Shown here: piece by piece, positions 1-12,310 of the stretch
How positions within the stretch are numbered: the first letter of the stretch is position 1
Layout of the letters: every line of letters starts with the position of its first letter
Source: Lophium mytilinum
Taxonomy: Eukaryota
Direction of reading: 5' to 3'
Assembly: GCA_010093605.1 (NCBI GenBank)
Contig: MU004181.1
Coordinates: forward strand, 3,828,846 to 3,848,845
Length of the DNA: 20,000 nucleotides
Translations under genes and position numbers: made by a program
Notes under the pieces: model-generated
Told to the model about the DNA's origin: nothing
The model's database searches: none
The model's input: only the letters and a program-made list of their open reading frames with translations

Positions 1-45
1 ATCTATCTATCTATTTATTCTTCTATTAACTCTATACCTTTAATA
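1..45 (+). repeat. 3' end of Copia 5' LTR (truncated by window start)
   Basis: Ends ...CCTTTAATA (RIP form of ...TAACA) immediately before the PBS. Confidence 0.65.
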
Positions 46-59
46 GGTTATAAGCCTAG
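46..59 (+). promoter_or_regulatory. Copia primer-binding site (GGTTATAAGCCTAG)
   Basis: Differs only by transitions from the GGTTATG(A/G)GCCCAG PBS of Drosophila copia-type elements, which prime from an internal initiator tRNA-Met fragment. Confidence 0.75.
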
Positions 60-597
60 ATTACACTACGCAATCTACAGCTATATAAAGCACTAACAGG
101 CAGGTTCCATCTTAAAATTAACTAGATATTAATTAAAATTATCTAAATTAAAAAAATATTAATAAGAATTATCTAAATTAACTAAATATTAGATAAAAAC
201 AACGCTATTTACTATCTTATTTACTATTACTAGTATATAAACCTACTATACTACTATATAAGTAGTTTTAAGCTTAAAATAAAGCTAAAATAGCTAAAAA
301 TAAAGCTAAAATTAAAGAAGAGGACAAAGTTATTAACTATAAACCCGCTATATAATAGCTAGAATGTAATCTAGAATTATAAATCTATTACAAATAAAAT
401 TAGACTAAAGAAATTTATATTTACTATTATAAAGCTTCTATAAGCTTATATTATATTATAAACTACGCAATTAACCTTCTAACCTCTATTATCTATTACA
501 TATTAAATCTAGATACTCTAGATTAAATTATAACCTTTTATCCTATTATCTTATCTAACATAAGATAAAGAAATTAATTAAAAATTAAAATATTTCT

Positions 598-786
598 CTT
601 TCTATCTATCTATCTATTTATTAAATACATAGATATATAGAATCCATCTATCTATCTATTCACTAAATACATAGATAGATAGAAATCTATCTATTTAAAT
701 AAAAATCTATAGATATATAGAAATCTATCTATTTATCTATTTATCTATCTATCTATTTGCCTAACAGGCTATCTATCTATCTATTT
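598..786. repeat. Degenerate (ATCT)n/(AGAT)n repeat units in Copia 5' leader
   Basis: Repeated units of about 40 bp like TCTATCTATCTATT..TAAATACATAGATA.ATAGAA, each with internal inverted ATCT/AGAT arms. Confidence 0.7.
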
Positions 787-794
787 AATCTAAA

Positions 795-3651
795 ATAGAT
801 AAAATTAGTATTACTAAGCTAGTTAGTTAATTTAACTATAAAGTTTAGGCTCTAAGAGTATAATCTCTCTTAGTAGAAAAAAGTTATAGTAATGCTATTA
901 GTAGTACTACTCCTATTCCTATTAATAAGGAAAACAATATAAAAGCATTAGCCACTATTAGGCTTACTATAGAGGACGGTCCTCTATTATAATTATAGTA
1001 TTCTACTACTATAATAGAAGCTTAGAAGCTACTAAAAAAGCTATATAGCTCTAAGGGCTTTAGTTCTAAATTTCTTATTTATAAGGAACTATTTAATACT
1101 ATTTTATCTAAGTTTTTAACTATAGAAGACTACTTAAATAAGATAAAATAGTTAATAGATTAATTAAAAGTAAAAAAGCTTAAATTACTAAATTAAGTTA
1201 TTATAGCTTAGGTTCTAAATAACCTAATAGACCCCTATAACGGCTTTATAACTATAGTTACGCAATCCTATAGGGAAAATTTATCTAATATTAAACTAGA
1301 TAATTTATTCTCTAATTTAATAGATAAAGTAAGACAACAGAAGTCTAAAGAGCACGAAACGGCTCTATTTAATAGAACTAAAAAGTTCTTACTAAAAAAG
1401 AATAGAGTAGAAAAAATAAGATATTATAAGAAGTATAAAGCAGCTATGCACTTTATAAAAGATTATTTCTATCTATTTCCTAAAAAAGCTCTAAAATAGT
1501 TTAGAATAAAGGAATACTTTAAACCACTAAAAGATAATAAGGAAGAATCCTTACTTATAGAAGAATCTAACCCTAATAATTAGGGAGATTTCGATATAGA
1601 TCTAGATGCAGCTAAAGTAAAGGTATTTCTAGCATTCTATTATACCCCTAATAATAAAGCTAATTATATATTAGACTCCGGGAGCATAAGCTATATAATA
1701 GTAGATAGAAATCTATTTACTAGTTATAAGGAGCAAGCTATTATATTAAATTAGGGAGAAAATAAAACTATAACTATAGAAGGTATAGGAAATGTATAAT
1801 TAAAACTAAATAGAAATATATTTATACTAGAAAAGTGCCTTTTTATACCTAACTTTAGATATAATCTAATATCTATAAGTAAACTAGATTCTATAGGAAT
1901 AAACATTACATTTAAGAATAAAATAGCTATTATATATAAAAAGAATAATATACTAGCAATAGCATCGCTTAAAAACTTGTTATACTATATAAATATAGAA
2001 AATACAACACTTTTTATAAACTAAATACATAAATAGATAGATAAAAGCAATTTAATAAATATATATATAGATAGAAATAATCTATCTATTTAGCACTAAA
2101 GAATGGGCTATATAAGCTCTAGAAAGCTTAGTATACTATTAGGTATAAATATAAAAGAACCTATATAATATAAAGCCTATATAAAAGCTAAAATAATAAA
2201 AAATAAAAGAAGTAAAGAAATAATACTAAAAACGGTAATTCCTTTATAAAAAGTCTCTTTAGATTTAGCAGGGCCTATAAATCTATCTAGTTTAAGGGGT
2301 AATAAATACATTATCTTCTTTATAGATACAGCTTTAAGATATATAGAATATAAACTATTAAAATCTAAAGATAAAGCTTATAACGCCTTTTTAGAATATA
2401 AAGCTAAGGCTAAAAATATAAATACAGGAGATAAAAGAAAAATATAAATTTTTAAAACTAATAATAGGGGAGAATATATAAATAAGAAGTTTAAAATAAC
2501 TCTTTTAAAAATAGGTATAACCTATTAATTCTTAAGCCCCTATACGCCGGAACAAAACGGTCTAGTAGAGCAAATTAACTTAACTATATTTAATATAGTA
2601 AGGGCTCTATTATATATAGCTAATTTACCTTTTAACCTATAGAAAGAAGCTGTAAATGCGGCCGTATATATATATAATAGAACGCCGCACTCTAGCTTAA
2701 AAGATAAAACGCTATTTAAGCTATATTATAAAAGAAAAGCTAAAATAGATAATATAAAAATCTTTAGCTCTACAGCTTATTATAAGGTTAAAACGCAAAT
2801 AACTAAATTAGAACTAAGAGCTAAAAAGGCTATAATATTAGGCTATAGTTTAAATGCGTATAGATTATTAGATCTAGAAACTAATAAGATCTTCTAGGCA
2901 AGAGATATAACTATAATAGAAAGCTTTCTAAATATAAAGAATAAAGTAAATAAAAAGGAAAGCTCTATAGAATATACTATAAAACCACTAAAAGAACGTA
3001 GAAATATAGATAATACTATAATAAGTAGTAATAATACTATTAGAGATAAAAGTAGTACTATTATAGATAAAAGCTTATCTAAAGATAAATTAGCTATAAA
3101 ACTATCTAAAAATCTATCTATTTAAAGATATATATAAAATCTAAATTTAATAAATAGATATATAGATAAAAATTAATTATTAAATATATTTATAGATAGA
3201 AACTAAACTTAATTATCTATAAATATATATATAGATAATCTATCTAAAGATAAATTAGCCTTTATTATTAATAATAATAATAAGCTAAATATATATAAAT
3301 AAGCTATAGAATCTCTATATAATAATAAATAGAAAGAAGCTATATAAATAGAAATAGACTAGCTTAATAAGTAAAATACCTAGAAGTTAGTAGACTTACT
3401 AGTAAATAGAAATGCGTTAAAAGAATACTAGGTTTATAAAATTAAAACTAATATAGATAATAATATATCTAAATATAAGGTAAGATAGATAGTAAAAGGT
3501 TTTAGCTAAATCTATAGCGTAGATTATAAAGAAACCTTTACTAATATCTGCTATCTAGAAGTATATAGGCTATTACTTATATTAGCTACTTATTATAACT
3601 AGGAAATAATATAATAGGACTTTAAAAATGCATTTACGTATATAGACTTAG
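795..3651 (+). pseudogene. Copia gag-pol polyprotein relic (gag, zinc knuckle, aspartic protease, integrase, N-terminal RT)
   Basis: One frame throughout. Putative start ATA(ATG) at 795; NYKV*ALRV*SLL at 834 (NYEVWALRVQSLL); de-RIP CX2CX4HX4C at about 1425-1466; ILDSGS at 1668-1685; PYTPEQNGLVE at 2538; EAVNAAVYIYNRTPHSSL at about 2646; *KEAI*IEI at 3330; KYKVR*IVKGFS*IYSVDYKETF at about 3471; DFKNAF at about 3618. Confidence 0.92.
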
Positions 3652-3837
3652 TATAAGAAACGCGAGCGTATAGTATAGATATAGAGTATAGGCGTATTAA
3701 GTTATTAAAGATAAGTTTATATTATAAAGTATATTAAGTATAAGGCTCTATATAATAAAACTATATAGGGTGTATATATACTAGCTAGTATATATATACT
3801 AGAAATATATATATACTTAATAGCTATATTTCTTATA
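3652..3837 (-). repeat. 3' LTR of element A (186 bp)
   Basis: Perfect 9-bp terminal inverted repeat TATAAGAAA...TTTCTTATA (RIP form of TGTAAGAAA...TTTCTTACA). It begins exactly where Copia RT stops. Adjacent 3838-3849 reads ..AGGGGCTTC on - (short PPT-like). Left flank CTTAG is the predicted TSD. Confidence 0.8.
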
Positions 3838-4006
3838 GAAGCCCCTATAAAGAAAGTTACTATTTTAGTAACTATGCTACCCGCCCCTAGAGAAAGAAAA
3901 AGAGAGACTAAAGTAAGTATATATATAGAATATATATATTAAGAATATATATATTAAAGAGTAATTAAGCCTTAGTAACTAGCTCTAGGTAGTTAAGCTA
4001 GAGTAA

Positions 4007-5310
4007 TTAGCTTAGCTTTAGCTTCTTAAGAATATTACTAGTAATATCTATAGCTCTATACTTCTTATTTATAGCTTTAAGGGCCTACTAGTATTTAATA
4101 TTAACTAGTAAAGGTATAGATATATTTTACTTTAGTTATAGTATTACTATACCTTTTATACTTATAGCTGGTAGTATTATCTTTAGTAGTATTACTATAG
4201 TAGCTTTAGTAGGCTTTAATAGTATTAGCGTGCTAGCTTATAGTATAGAGGGCGTTAGCGCTATAGTAGCTTTAGCAGGCTTTAATAGTATTAGCGTGCT
4301 AGCTAATAGTATAGAGGGTGTTAGCGCTAAGAATACTATAGGTATCTTAGTAGTTACTAATATAGATATAGGTACTACCTTTATAGTATATATACTTACT
4401 TACTAGGTACTATTATTTATTAGTAAGAGATAAATCTATCTATCTAGCGCTATAAGAATTACTAGTAGAGGCTCTCTTTTCTTTTTTAGCGGCGTCTATA
4501 GTATAGTATTAGTATTTATAAGCTTTATATCTTATATAAAAGTAGTAGTATATTAGTCTTTAATAAAGTAAAAGAAGTCTAGTAGTAGATATAGGTATAC
4601 CTTAGTAATTAATTTAACTATAGTATCTACTATAGTATTCTTAATAGTAATAATATTAAGTCTACTAGCGCCTATAGCTATATTACTACTAGCGCGCCTA
4701 TAGCTATAGAGGTTATTTACTCTTATCTATACTATCTAACTTATCTTAAAATATACTATATTATAGTAGCCTATATATATATCTATAGTATCTTATAGAA
4801 GCTATATCTACTTATTATAGATTTATAGCTTATATTAGAGCTTTAAATCTACTATTACTACTAGGTTTACTACTATCTATAGTATTTATAATAATTACTT
4901 CTAGATAGAGCTTATATATATCTTTATTAACTACTATATAGCTTTCTTATAGTTAGATTAAATATAGATAGTATACGCTACTATTTCTACTAGTATTACT
5001 ATAGCTTACTTTAATAATAGTATTACTAGGGTTAGCTATATTACTATAGGCTAGGCTTTAGCGGGGGTTATCTTTACTAGAGCTATAATAGATAAAAATA
5101 TCTTTCTTACTACTTATTTTATTATTACTAGCTCTATACGTATTTTATATAATTCTATATAAAAAGATTTAATAGTATTCTTATAGCTTTCTATTTAGGC
5201 CTTATATTTCTAGTAGCTATATTTAAGGCCCTAGATAGAATAGTAAGATAGAATATATTATTTAGCTAGTAGACGCGCCTATTTACTATTAAAGGTATTA
5301 ATAATAGTCT
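4007..5310 (-). pseudogene. C-terminal half of extra ORF of element A (unknown product)
   Basis: Single minus frame with sparse TAA/TAG stops. Contains TPLKKKREP and an in-frame 66-bp duplication. In frame with 13204-15019 after element B is removed. Confidence 0.7.
4195..4329. repeat. 66-bp tandem duplication (2 copies; 22 codons)
   Basis: CTATAGTAGCTTTAG(T/C)AGGCTTTAATAGTATTAGCGTGCTAGCT... at 4195 and 4261. Confidence 0.9.
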
Positions 5311-5315
5311 TATAC

Positions 5316-5482
5316 TATTATAAGAAGTAAGAAGTAGAGGTAAAAGATATTCTATTAAGCTAGCTAGCAGGCGTTACCTTAAGGGGACGCCGGCGTATAG
5401 AATACTAATATCTAGCTAGGCGTATATATAAACGTCCGTTATATACTATATACTATAGCCTACTATCTATAAAACTATAATA
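5316..5482 (-). repeat. 3' LTR of element B
   Basis: Direct repeat of 13037-13203 with 13 mismatches by manual alignment, all transitions. Termini TATTATA...TATAATA (RIP of TG...CA). Confidence 0.95.
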
Positions 5483-5782
5483 ACTACCCTAAATAGAAAA
5501 AATATTATTATTCTTAATAACTATATATCTAAGCTATTCTTTCTAGATAATAGCGTTCTAAGAATAAGATAGTAAGTAATAATTAGTAGCGTAGAAGATA
5601 AATATAATAGAAAGATAGTTCTTATAGATTATAAAAGATAGTAAGCTATAAAAGGAGATAGAGTTATAGAAGTTATAGAAAATAATAGATTTATATAAGT
5701 TATAAAAGAGAATAGCTTCTTAAGCTAGTATACTATTAGCGGGTAGTAGAGTATAGATAGCTATAAAACTTTATAGGCGGCT

Positions 5783-5962
5783 GTAATTAGGCTATAGTAA
5801 TTAGCTTATAGATAAGTAATTAAGCTATAATAGATTTCTAGAAGCTAGCTAAGATAACTAGTTCTAATAGACGGGGGCGTATAGATAGGCGGAGGCATTA
5901 TAGTTCTAGGTAATTAAGCTTATAGTAATTAAGCTATAGTAATTAATCTATAGTAATTAAGC
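5783..5962. repeat. GTAATTA(A/G)GC-type short repeats in 3' UTR of element B
   Basis: About 14-bp units (TATAGTAATTAAGC) at 5910-5962 (4 copies) and related copies at 5783-5830. Confidence 0.75.
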
Positions 5963-5989
5963 CCTTTAAAAAGTCTATAAGGCTTATTT

Positions 5990-8900
5990 TTAAGAGGGGT
6001 GCGCCTTATTATAGGTGTCTACTAAGTTAATATTAATATCTCTATAGTATATCTATTAGTTTTTCTTAGTACTATAGCCGCGCCACTTAATAAAGTACTT
6101 AATAAACTTTTTTTTAGCTTACTCTATATAATAAACTTAGCGGCCGAGTAGCTTCTTAATATAATAGAAGGCGCTATTATTATTATTATATTTATTATTA
6201 ATGGCAGGCAGCTAAGAGAGTTAACTAGCCTTATTATACTTATATAGGTCCGTCTCTAGTACTATAGTAGGCTCTAATTACTTAATAGAAATTACTAGAT
6301 AGATCTTCTAGGTATCTAGAAGGTCTATTTTATACGTGTTATACTCTATAGTATATTTAATAACTCTAGAATCTATATATTACTAGCTAAACTTCTATAT
6401 TAGGCTAGAAATCTTAAAGCCCTTATTTAGATAGATATATACTAGATCTCCTAGCTATAGTATAAGCGGCTAGCGTTTAGTATTAAAGTAGATCTTTATA
6501 CGCGCTATAGTAAAGGTAATAGTATTAGTAGTATTCTAGTAGAGTATATTATAGGCTTACTAAAAGCTCTAGATACCTACTTTAGAAGTTAAGAGCTATA
6601 TATCTAGTAAGAATATAAATATTAGTAAAGGGCCTACTATAGATATCTAGAGTCTTAATATAGATATCTAGAGTCTTAATATAGATATCTAGAGGCTTAA
6701 TATAGATATCTAGGGGGCTTATATACCTATAACTATACTAATAGCTAGTTTAGTAAGGTTATCTATAGTAATTAAGAATAGAAGGCCTTTATTAATATAG
6801 AAGCTATAGATTACCTTATTTAGAGAGATATTTATAGACTTATTCTTTATATTATTTATAGAGTAATAAAGCGTAATAAGAAAAGCTAGCTAATTAAAAC
6901 CTTCTTATAAGATATAGTAATAAATAGTAATTTCTATTATCTAATTTATATATTTAGACTAGCTATCTATTCTAGAGTAGTACGCCGTTAATATTAAAAG
7001 CCGGGTTTCTAATTATTTAAAGAGGGACTTCTAGAAGGCGCTAGTAAACTTATAGTTCTAGTCTATAATTATAGCGGCGGGTATACTCTAATTAGCTAAA
7101 AGATCTAGTATAATATCTATCTAGTTTTTAGTATTATAGATATCTTTACTAGGGCTAGCTATAGCGCGCTTACTAAACTTATATATAATAGTAACTATAG
7201 TATTAAAGCTATTATAGTTAGATAACCCTACTATAAAATTAATAGATACTATATAAAAGAGTATTAGAGGAGTCTATATAAATATAAGTAAGCTATAGAG
7301 CCTATAATAGTAGGTAGTATTAATATAATAAATAGAGTAGTAAAGAAGATAGGCTTTAAAATATCTAGAAAGCTTTCTTATATAGTATATAGCTTATATA
7401 TACTTATAAGAGTATTAAAAGCCTATATATAAGTAAGTATTATAATACTTATAGAAAATATCCCCTTTTAAGGCTTTAAAAATATATAGCTATAGCCGGC
7501 CGTCTATAGTATCTCTATAATAGATAAGGTTATTATATAGAAAAAAAAAGAGTTCTAGAGTATCTATATTAGAGAGATACTATTTACTAGCTTCTAAGAT
7601 AGTCTCTATAAGTAGAGTAAGTATATCCGCCTACTACTTATTAGTTATATACGCCTAGATAAATATATTATAGAAGTCTATTACTAGCTCTATAATTATT
7701 ATATTAAAGGTAAATAGCTTCTCTAAGGTATCTAATATAGCTTATTCTAGATCTCTTATTATAAGACGTAATAGGGCGTTAGGTATAATATATTATTTTC
7801 TAGAATAGTAGTATATATTAAGGTAAAATTATAATAGATACTATAAGGCCTATATAAGCCTTATATTAAGCTTATTAATAGCTAATAAAATTAATAAGGA
7901 GGCCTTTATAATACTAAGGGTGGCGGCGTAGTTAGTAATAATAATAACGGGAGCCTCTAATACCTTAATAAGATAATAGATATAATAAATAGTCTATACT
8001 ATATAGGCGACTTCTAGCTTAGTTAACTAGTAATTATGCTTAGTAGCTAAGAGTAGTTTACTAAGAAATAGAATAGATTTAATCTTATTACGCTTAATAT
8101 TCTTAATTAATAGTAGGTTTTCTTAAATATAATAAACTATAATACTAAAGCTATATTTTAAGGCGTTAATATCTATATATAGCTATCTAGCTAGTTAATA
8201 GTATACTAGAAATAAAGAGTTACTAAAGGCTTATTAAATAGCCTTATATAAGTTATAGAGCTCTATATAATTATTAACCTAGGCCTTATATATATAATTT
8301 AGGTAAGCGTATTCTATAATAGGGGCATTTATAAGAAGATAGGTTTTCTTCTTTTATAAAAGCTTTAATAGCTAGGCGTAGTAGCCTATATACTATTATA
8401 GCTATCTAGTAAGCTTTAAATAGTACTCTAGCTTCTTTAAGAAGGTTAGAAAAGCTAGATTCTAGATAGTAGTAATCTTTTTAGCTACTATTATAAGGCC
8501 TAGGGCGTCTATATACTACCTTAAAAGTATTAAAAATAGATAGCCTAGATATAACTTCTCTACCTTAAGTATAATATTTAATTCTATTAAGGTATTAAAT
8601 AGCTACTATAGATAGTATAGATATTCTAGTAGTATCTTACTATAGATAACTATATTATCTATATAGGCCTTATAAAAGGCCTATAGTTTATAATATCTAA
8701 TAATCTTATTAATCTACCTTTAGATATAGATAATAGAGCTATAGAAGCCTATAATAGCTATATTAAAATATTTTTATCTATAGTATAAAATAATAGTAAA
8801 CTTCTTATAGTTATTATAACTAATAGGCTATTAATAAAAGAAGAAGGCGGCGTTTATAGTAGATATTTAAGGGTAGCCCGCTACTAAGCTTATAAGCTTC

Positions 8901-11900
8901 TTCTATTTTAGTAGTAGGTAGAAGTTCTTAATAGTAACTCTATTTAGGCCGCGGATATTAATAATAATATAGCCTTTTCTTATTAAAACTCTATTAATAG
9001 TAATAGTCCTCTATATAATAAATATAGAAAAGCTAAAATATATTAGAGCTATAGACTACTCTATACGCCCTTATTAGTAGAGCTTATTAAACTTAGTATC
9101 TATAAGCGCCTGTTCTTACTATTTAAGAGAATAGACTTAGTAGGCTAGCTTAGTATTATAGCTATTTACTTTATTAGTAAGTAGAATCTATAGCTACTAG
9201 TTCTTAGAAACGCTAGTAAGCTTACTATTATTAGTAAAGAGGGGTTTAAACTTATTAATAATATTATAGATTTATATTACTATATTCTATATACTATAAA
9301 TAGTAATACTAAAGGGGCTAATAGTCTTAATACCTTCTTTAAGTATTCTAGTAAGTATTAGCTACTTATTCTATATAGGGTATAAAGTTTTAACTTAACT
9401 AGTTTAGGTATTATAGCTACTAGGTAGTAGAAATGCCGGGTTTTAGCTAGTTTAGGGTTACTAAAGCGGCGCTTATTACGCGGTAAGGGCGTATTTACCG
9501 GCATTAATAGTATAGGCAGCTTTCTTAAAATAGTCTATAAGCGTGCTAAGCTTTCTATACTAGGTAACTATAAAGAGTTTCTTAATTATATTATATACTA
9601 GAATATATAATATACCGGCGTCTAGAATATAGATATATACGCCGCCTTTATTACTAAGCTTTAAAGGTAAATAAAGCTCTAGTATAAATATATAGTCTCT
9701 ATCTAGAAGCTTATTATACTTATAGACCTTAAATAGAATAGGGGAGATAGAGTATATAGAAATAATTATTATAGCTATAGCCTATATAAAATACTAAATC
9801 TTAGTAGGTAAAGACTTACTATTTCTTATCTATACTATTATTAGAGCTTTTATATTCTAATAGCTTACTATATATAGGCACTTATTCTTAAAGTTAATAA
9901 TTACACCTTCTAGATCTAGAATATCTATACTAAGAAGTAGATTTATATATAGCTATTTAATAATATAAGCCTTAAATATTATAATAGCTATAATAGGCTT
10001 TCTATTAAGTAGCCTAGATATATATAGGTTAATAATATAGTACTTAGTTAATAAAACTAGGTAATTTTCAACACCTTATACTATTATTAGCTTAATTATT
10101 TTAAGCTTTATAGAGTTTCTATACTTTTTAAGAAAGTCTCTACTAATTAGGGTTATTATATTACCTAAGTTAGGCGTAATATTATTTAAGGGGCCGTTCT
10201 TTATTAAGAATACCCTTATAATTATATAGTAATAGCCTCTAAATATAATACTAGAGCTAATCTTTAGGTTTATTACTAAGAAAAACACGTAGATAGGCTT
10301 TATAGTTAGAGGCTTATCTTCTATAGCTATTACTAGAAGGCTATAATAAGCGCTTTTAATCTCTATATAGAGTATAGTAATATATTAATAGATAGTTTCT
10401 AGTATAGGCTTTATAGCTAGCCTTCTATAAAAGGCTATAGAGGGCTTATAGTCTTTATAGAGATATTAAAATAAAGTATTATTTAATAGAAAGCTTACTA
10501 TATAGGTATAATAAGTATATACTAATATAAGGCTTACTAGAGAGGTTAAGGCATTAAAGATATCTATAAATCCGGCGTTAATAAGATTAAAAGGCTTATT
10601 CTTAATATAAGGCTTCTAATAGGCGTTATTAATATATTATTTCTAGTGCTTATTATCTATATAGCCTATTTAGGCTATAGTCTTCTTAACGCCGGCTTAT
10701 ATATCTACCTAATATTATTTATTCTAGGCGTTAATATTAGTATTAGCATTAATATTAGCGTTATTTATAGCTATCTTAAATAGCTATTTACTAAAGTAGT
10801 TAGCTCTAGTAGACCTATAGCTTCTAAAGCTACTAATATTTTAAAAGAAAGGCTAAAAGGGTTATATATTACTATTTATAAGTATAAAAGGCTATTAAAA
10901 GGCTAGTAGCGCTAGTTTTAATATTACTATAGAAGCACTTTATTAATACTATAGGGTATAAGTATTATAGTTAGTATACCCGCTAAACTAATTAAAAGAT
11001 AGCTATCTATAGTATTTACGGTACGGCTAGTTACTAATAGGTTAGTAGAATTATAATAGCTAGAAAGTCTATTAAGAAGCGTAGAAGTTATACTAATCTT
11101 AAAGGGCTAATTACTAGCTATTAAAGCCTATCTAGATATAGACGCTAGCTAGGTTATACTAGTTATTATATCTAGACTCTAATAGCTATATAAACTTATA
11201 AACCGCTATAGCTACTATAGATAGTAATATACTATTTCTAAATAAGGGGTTAATACTATTCTAGATAAATATAAGCCTATTACTACTACCTTTAGTATTA
11301 ATACTTAACGCCTTTATATTATATATTATATTATATATATATATTAATATACTATAATAGAAGTAAGTATCTTAGAGTATATAGAAGGCTATTATTAGCT
11401 TTATAAGTAACTTAGTAAGTAGCTTCTTAAACTAGTAAATAAGGGATTTATACTAGCTATTAGTAAGAGCTATATATTAGAGGCCCGCCTTCTCTATATT
11501 AGTAAGAGTAGAGGTATACTAAGTAAAAGTACTTTCCCTTAAATACTAAGGTAGCTTATTTCTTATAATATCTTTAAAATAGAGCCTAGTAATATTTCTT
11601 ACGCGCTTAATAAAGATATAGATATTCTTAATATATATATTATTTCTACTATAGAAGATACTATTAATAAAGTTAGCTAGAAGCTTTAACTTAAAGTAGA
11701 AAAAGCTAACTTCTTATAGTTAGAAGCCTTCTATACTACTATCTCTAGCACTAGCACTAGTACTAGGTATACTAGAAAAACTAGGGGGGCCTAGTAGTCT
11801 AGAGGCTCTAGAGGCTATCTATACGCGTATAATAGCCGCATTAATAAGATTCTAGAGCTACTATAGCTAGGTAGTATTAAATACTATATTAGGTAATAGG

Positions 11901-12298
11901 TTCTAATTCTTATTATAGGTAACTTACTCTATTTAGTTTATATAGCTAGAGTTAGCTAAATATAGAGAGTTTATAATAGTAAGCTAGTATTATTTAAGCT
12001 ATTATATAAAGTTTCTAATATTAGCCTATAGTATCTAGAATAAGGTTAGCTACTTTAAAAGGTATATCTAGCTCTAGTAAGAGCTAAGGGGCTACTTAGT
12101 AACTAGAAATTAAGTAAGAAAACCGCTTCTAAAGGCTATATTAAGTAACTAGCTCTAGAGTTAGCTAGAGTTAGTATACTTAAAGGTATAGAGCTAGTAC
12201 CTAAGATAGATAATATTCTAAGGTAGCTCTAGGTAGATATACTATAGTAAGAAAGTATTAAAGCTACTTATACTAGATATAGAGTTTTAAAAAGCTAT
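5990..12298 (-). pseudogene. Element B gag-pol polyprotein relic (gag, C2H2-like finger, protease, RT, RNase H, integrase, chromodomain)
   Basis: Putative start, finger, protease, RT and terminal stop are in the same minus frame. ATA(ATG) at 12298; protease ITPNLG (=DSG) at about 10170 and LLLSIDIL (=LLLGMDIL) at about 9930; RT INIRGLNRVT at about 8950 and AYIDNIVIYS (=YIDD) at about 8660; RNase H NY*LTKLEVA at about 8020; integrase IITD..KFTSAF*KSL-like at about 7050 and LTAYYSRIDS*S (=STAYHP.TDGQS) at about 6975; chromodomain YFIKWRGYS at about 6085; stop at 5990-5992. Confidence 0.92.
6640..6714. repeat. 21-bp in-frame tandem repeat (about 3.5 copies) in integrase C-terminal region of B
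   Basis: Unit TAGATATCTAGAGTCTTAATA; reads (P/T)LDIYIK on - in the pol frame. Confidence 0.9.
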
Positions 12299-12310
12299 AG
12301 ACGGGGGCGT

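Larger units (their letters stand above)
1..3651 (+). mobile_element. Ty1/Copia LTR retrotransposon, RIP-degenerate, interrupted in RT by Gypsy element A
   Basis: LTR end plus copia-type PBS, followed by domain order gag-PR-IN-RT in a single frame. RT breaks off at 3651 where a new LTR begins. Confidence 0.93.

Noticed and set aside
3652..3837. Solo LTR or MITE
   Set aside because: Flanks differ (CTTAG vs GAAGC), Copia RT does not resume after it, and a PPT-like tract and internal sequence follow.
10076..10288. 70-aa ORF from the ORF track as an independent gene
   Set aside because: It is a stop-free stretch of element B's protease in the gag-pol frame. ITPNLG is the RIP form of ITPDSG, and the protease continues past the stop.
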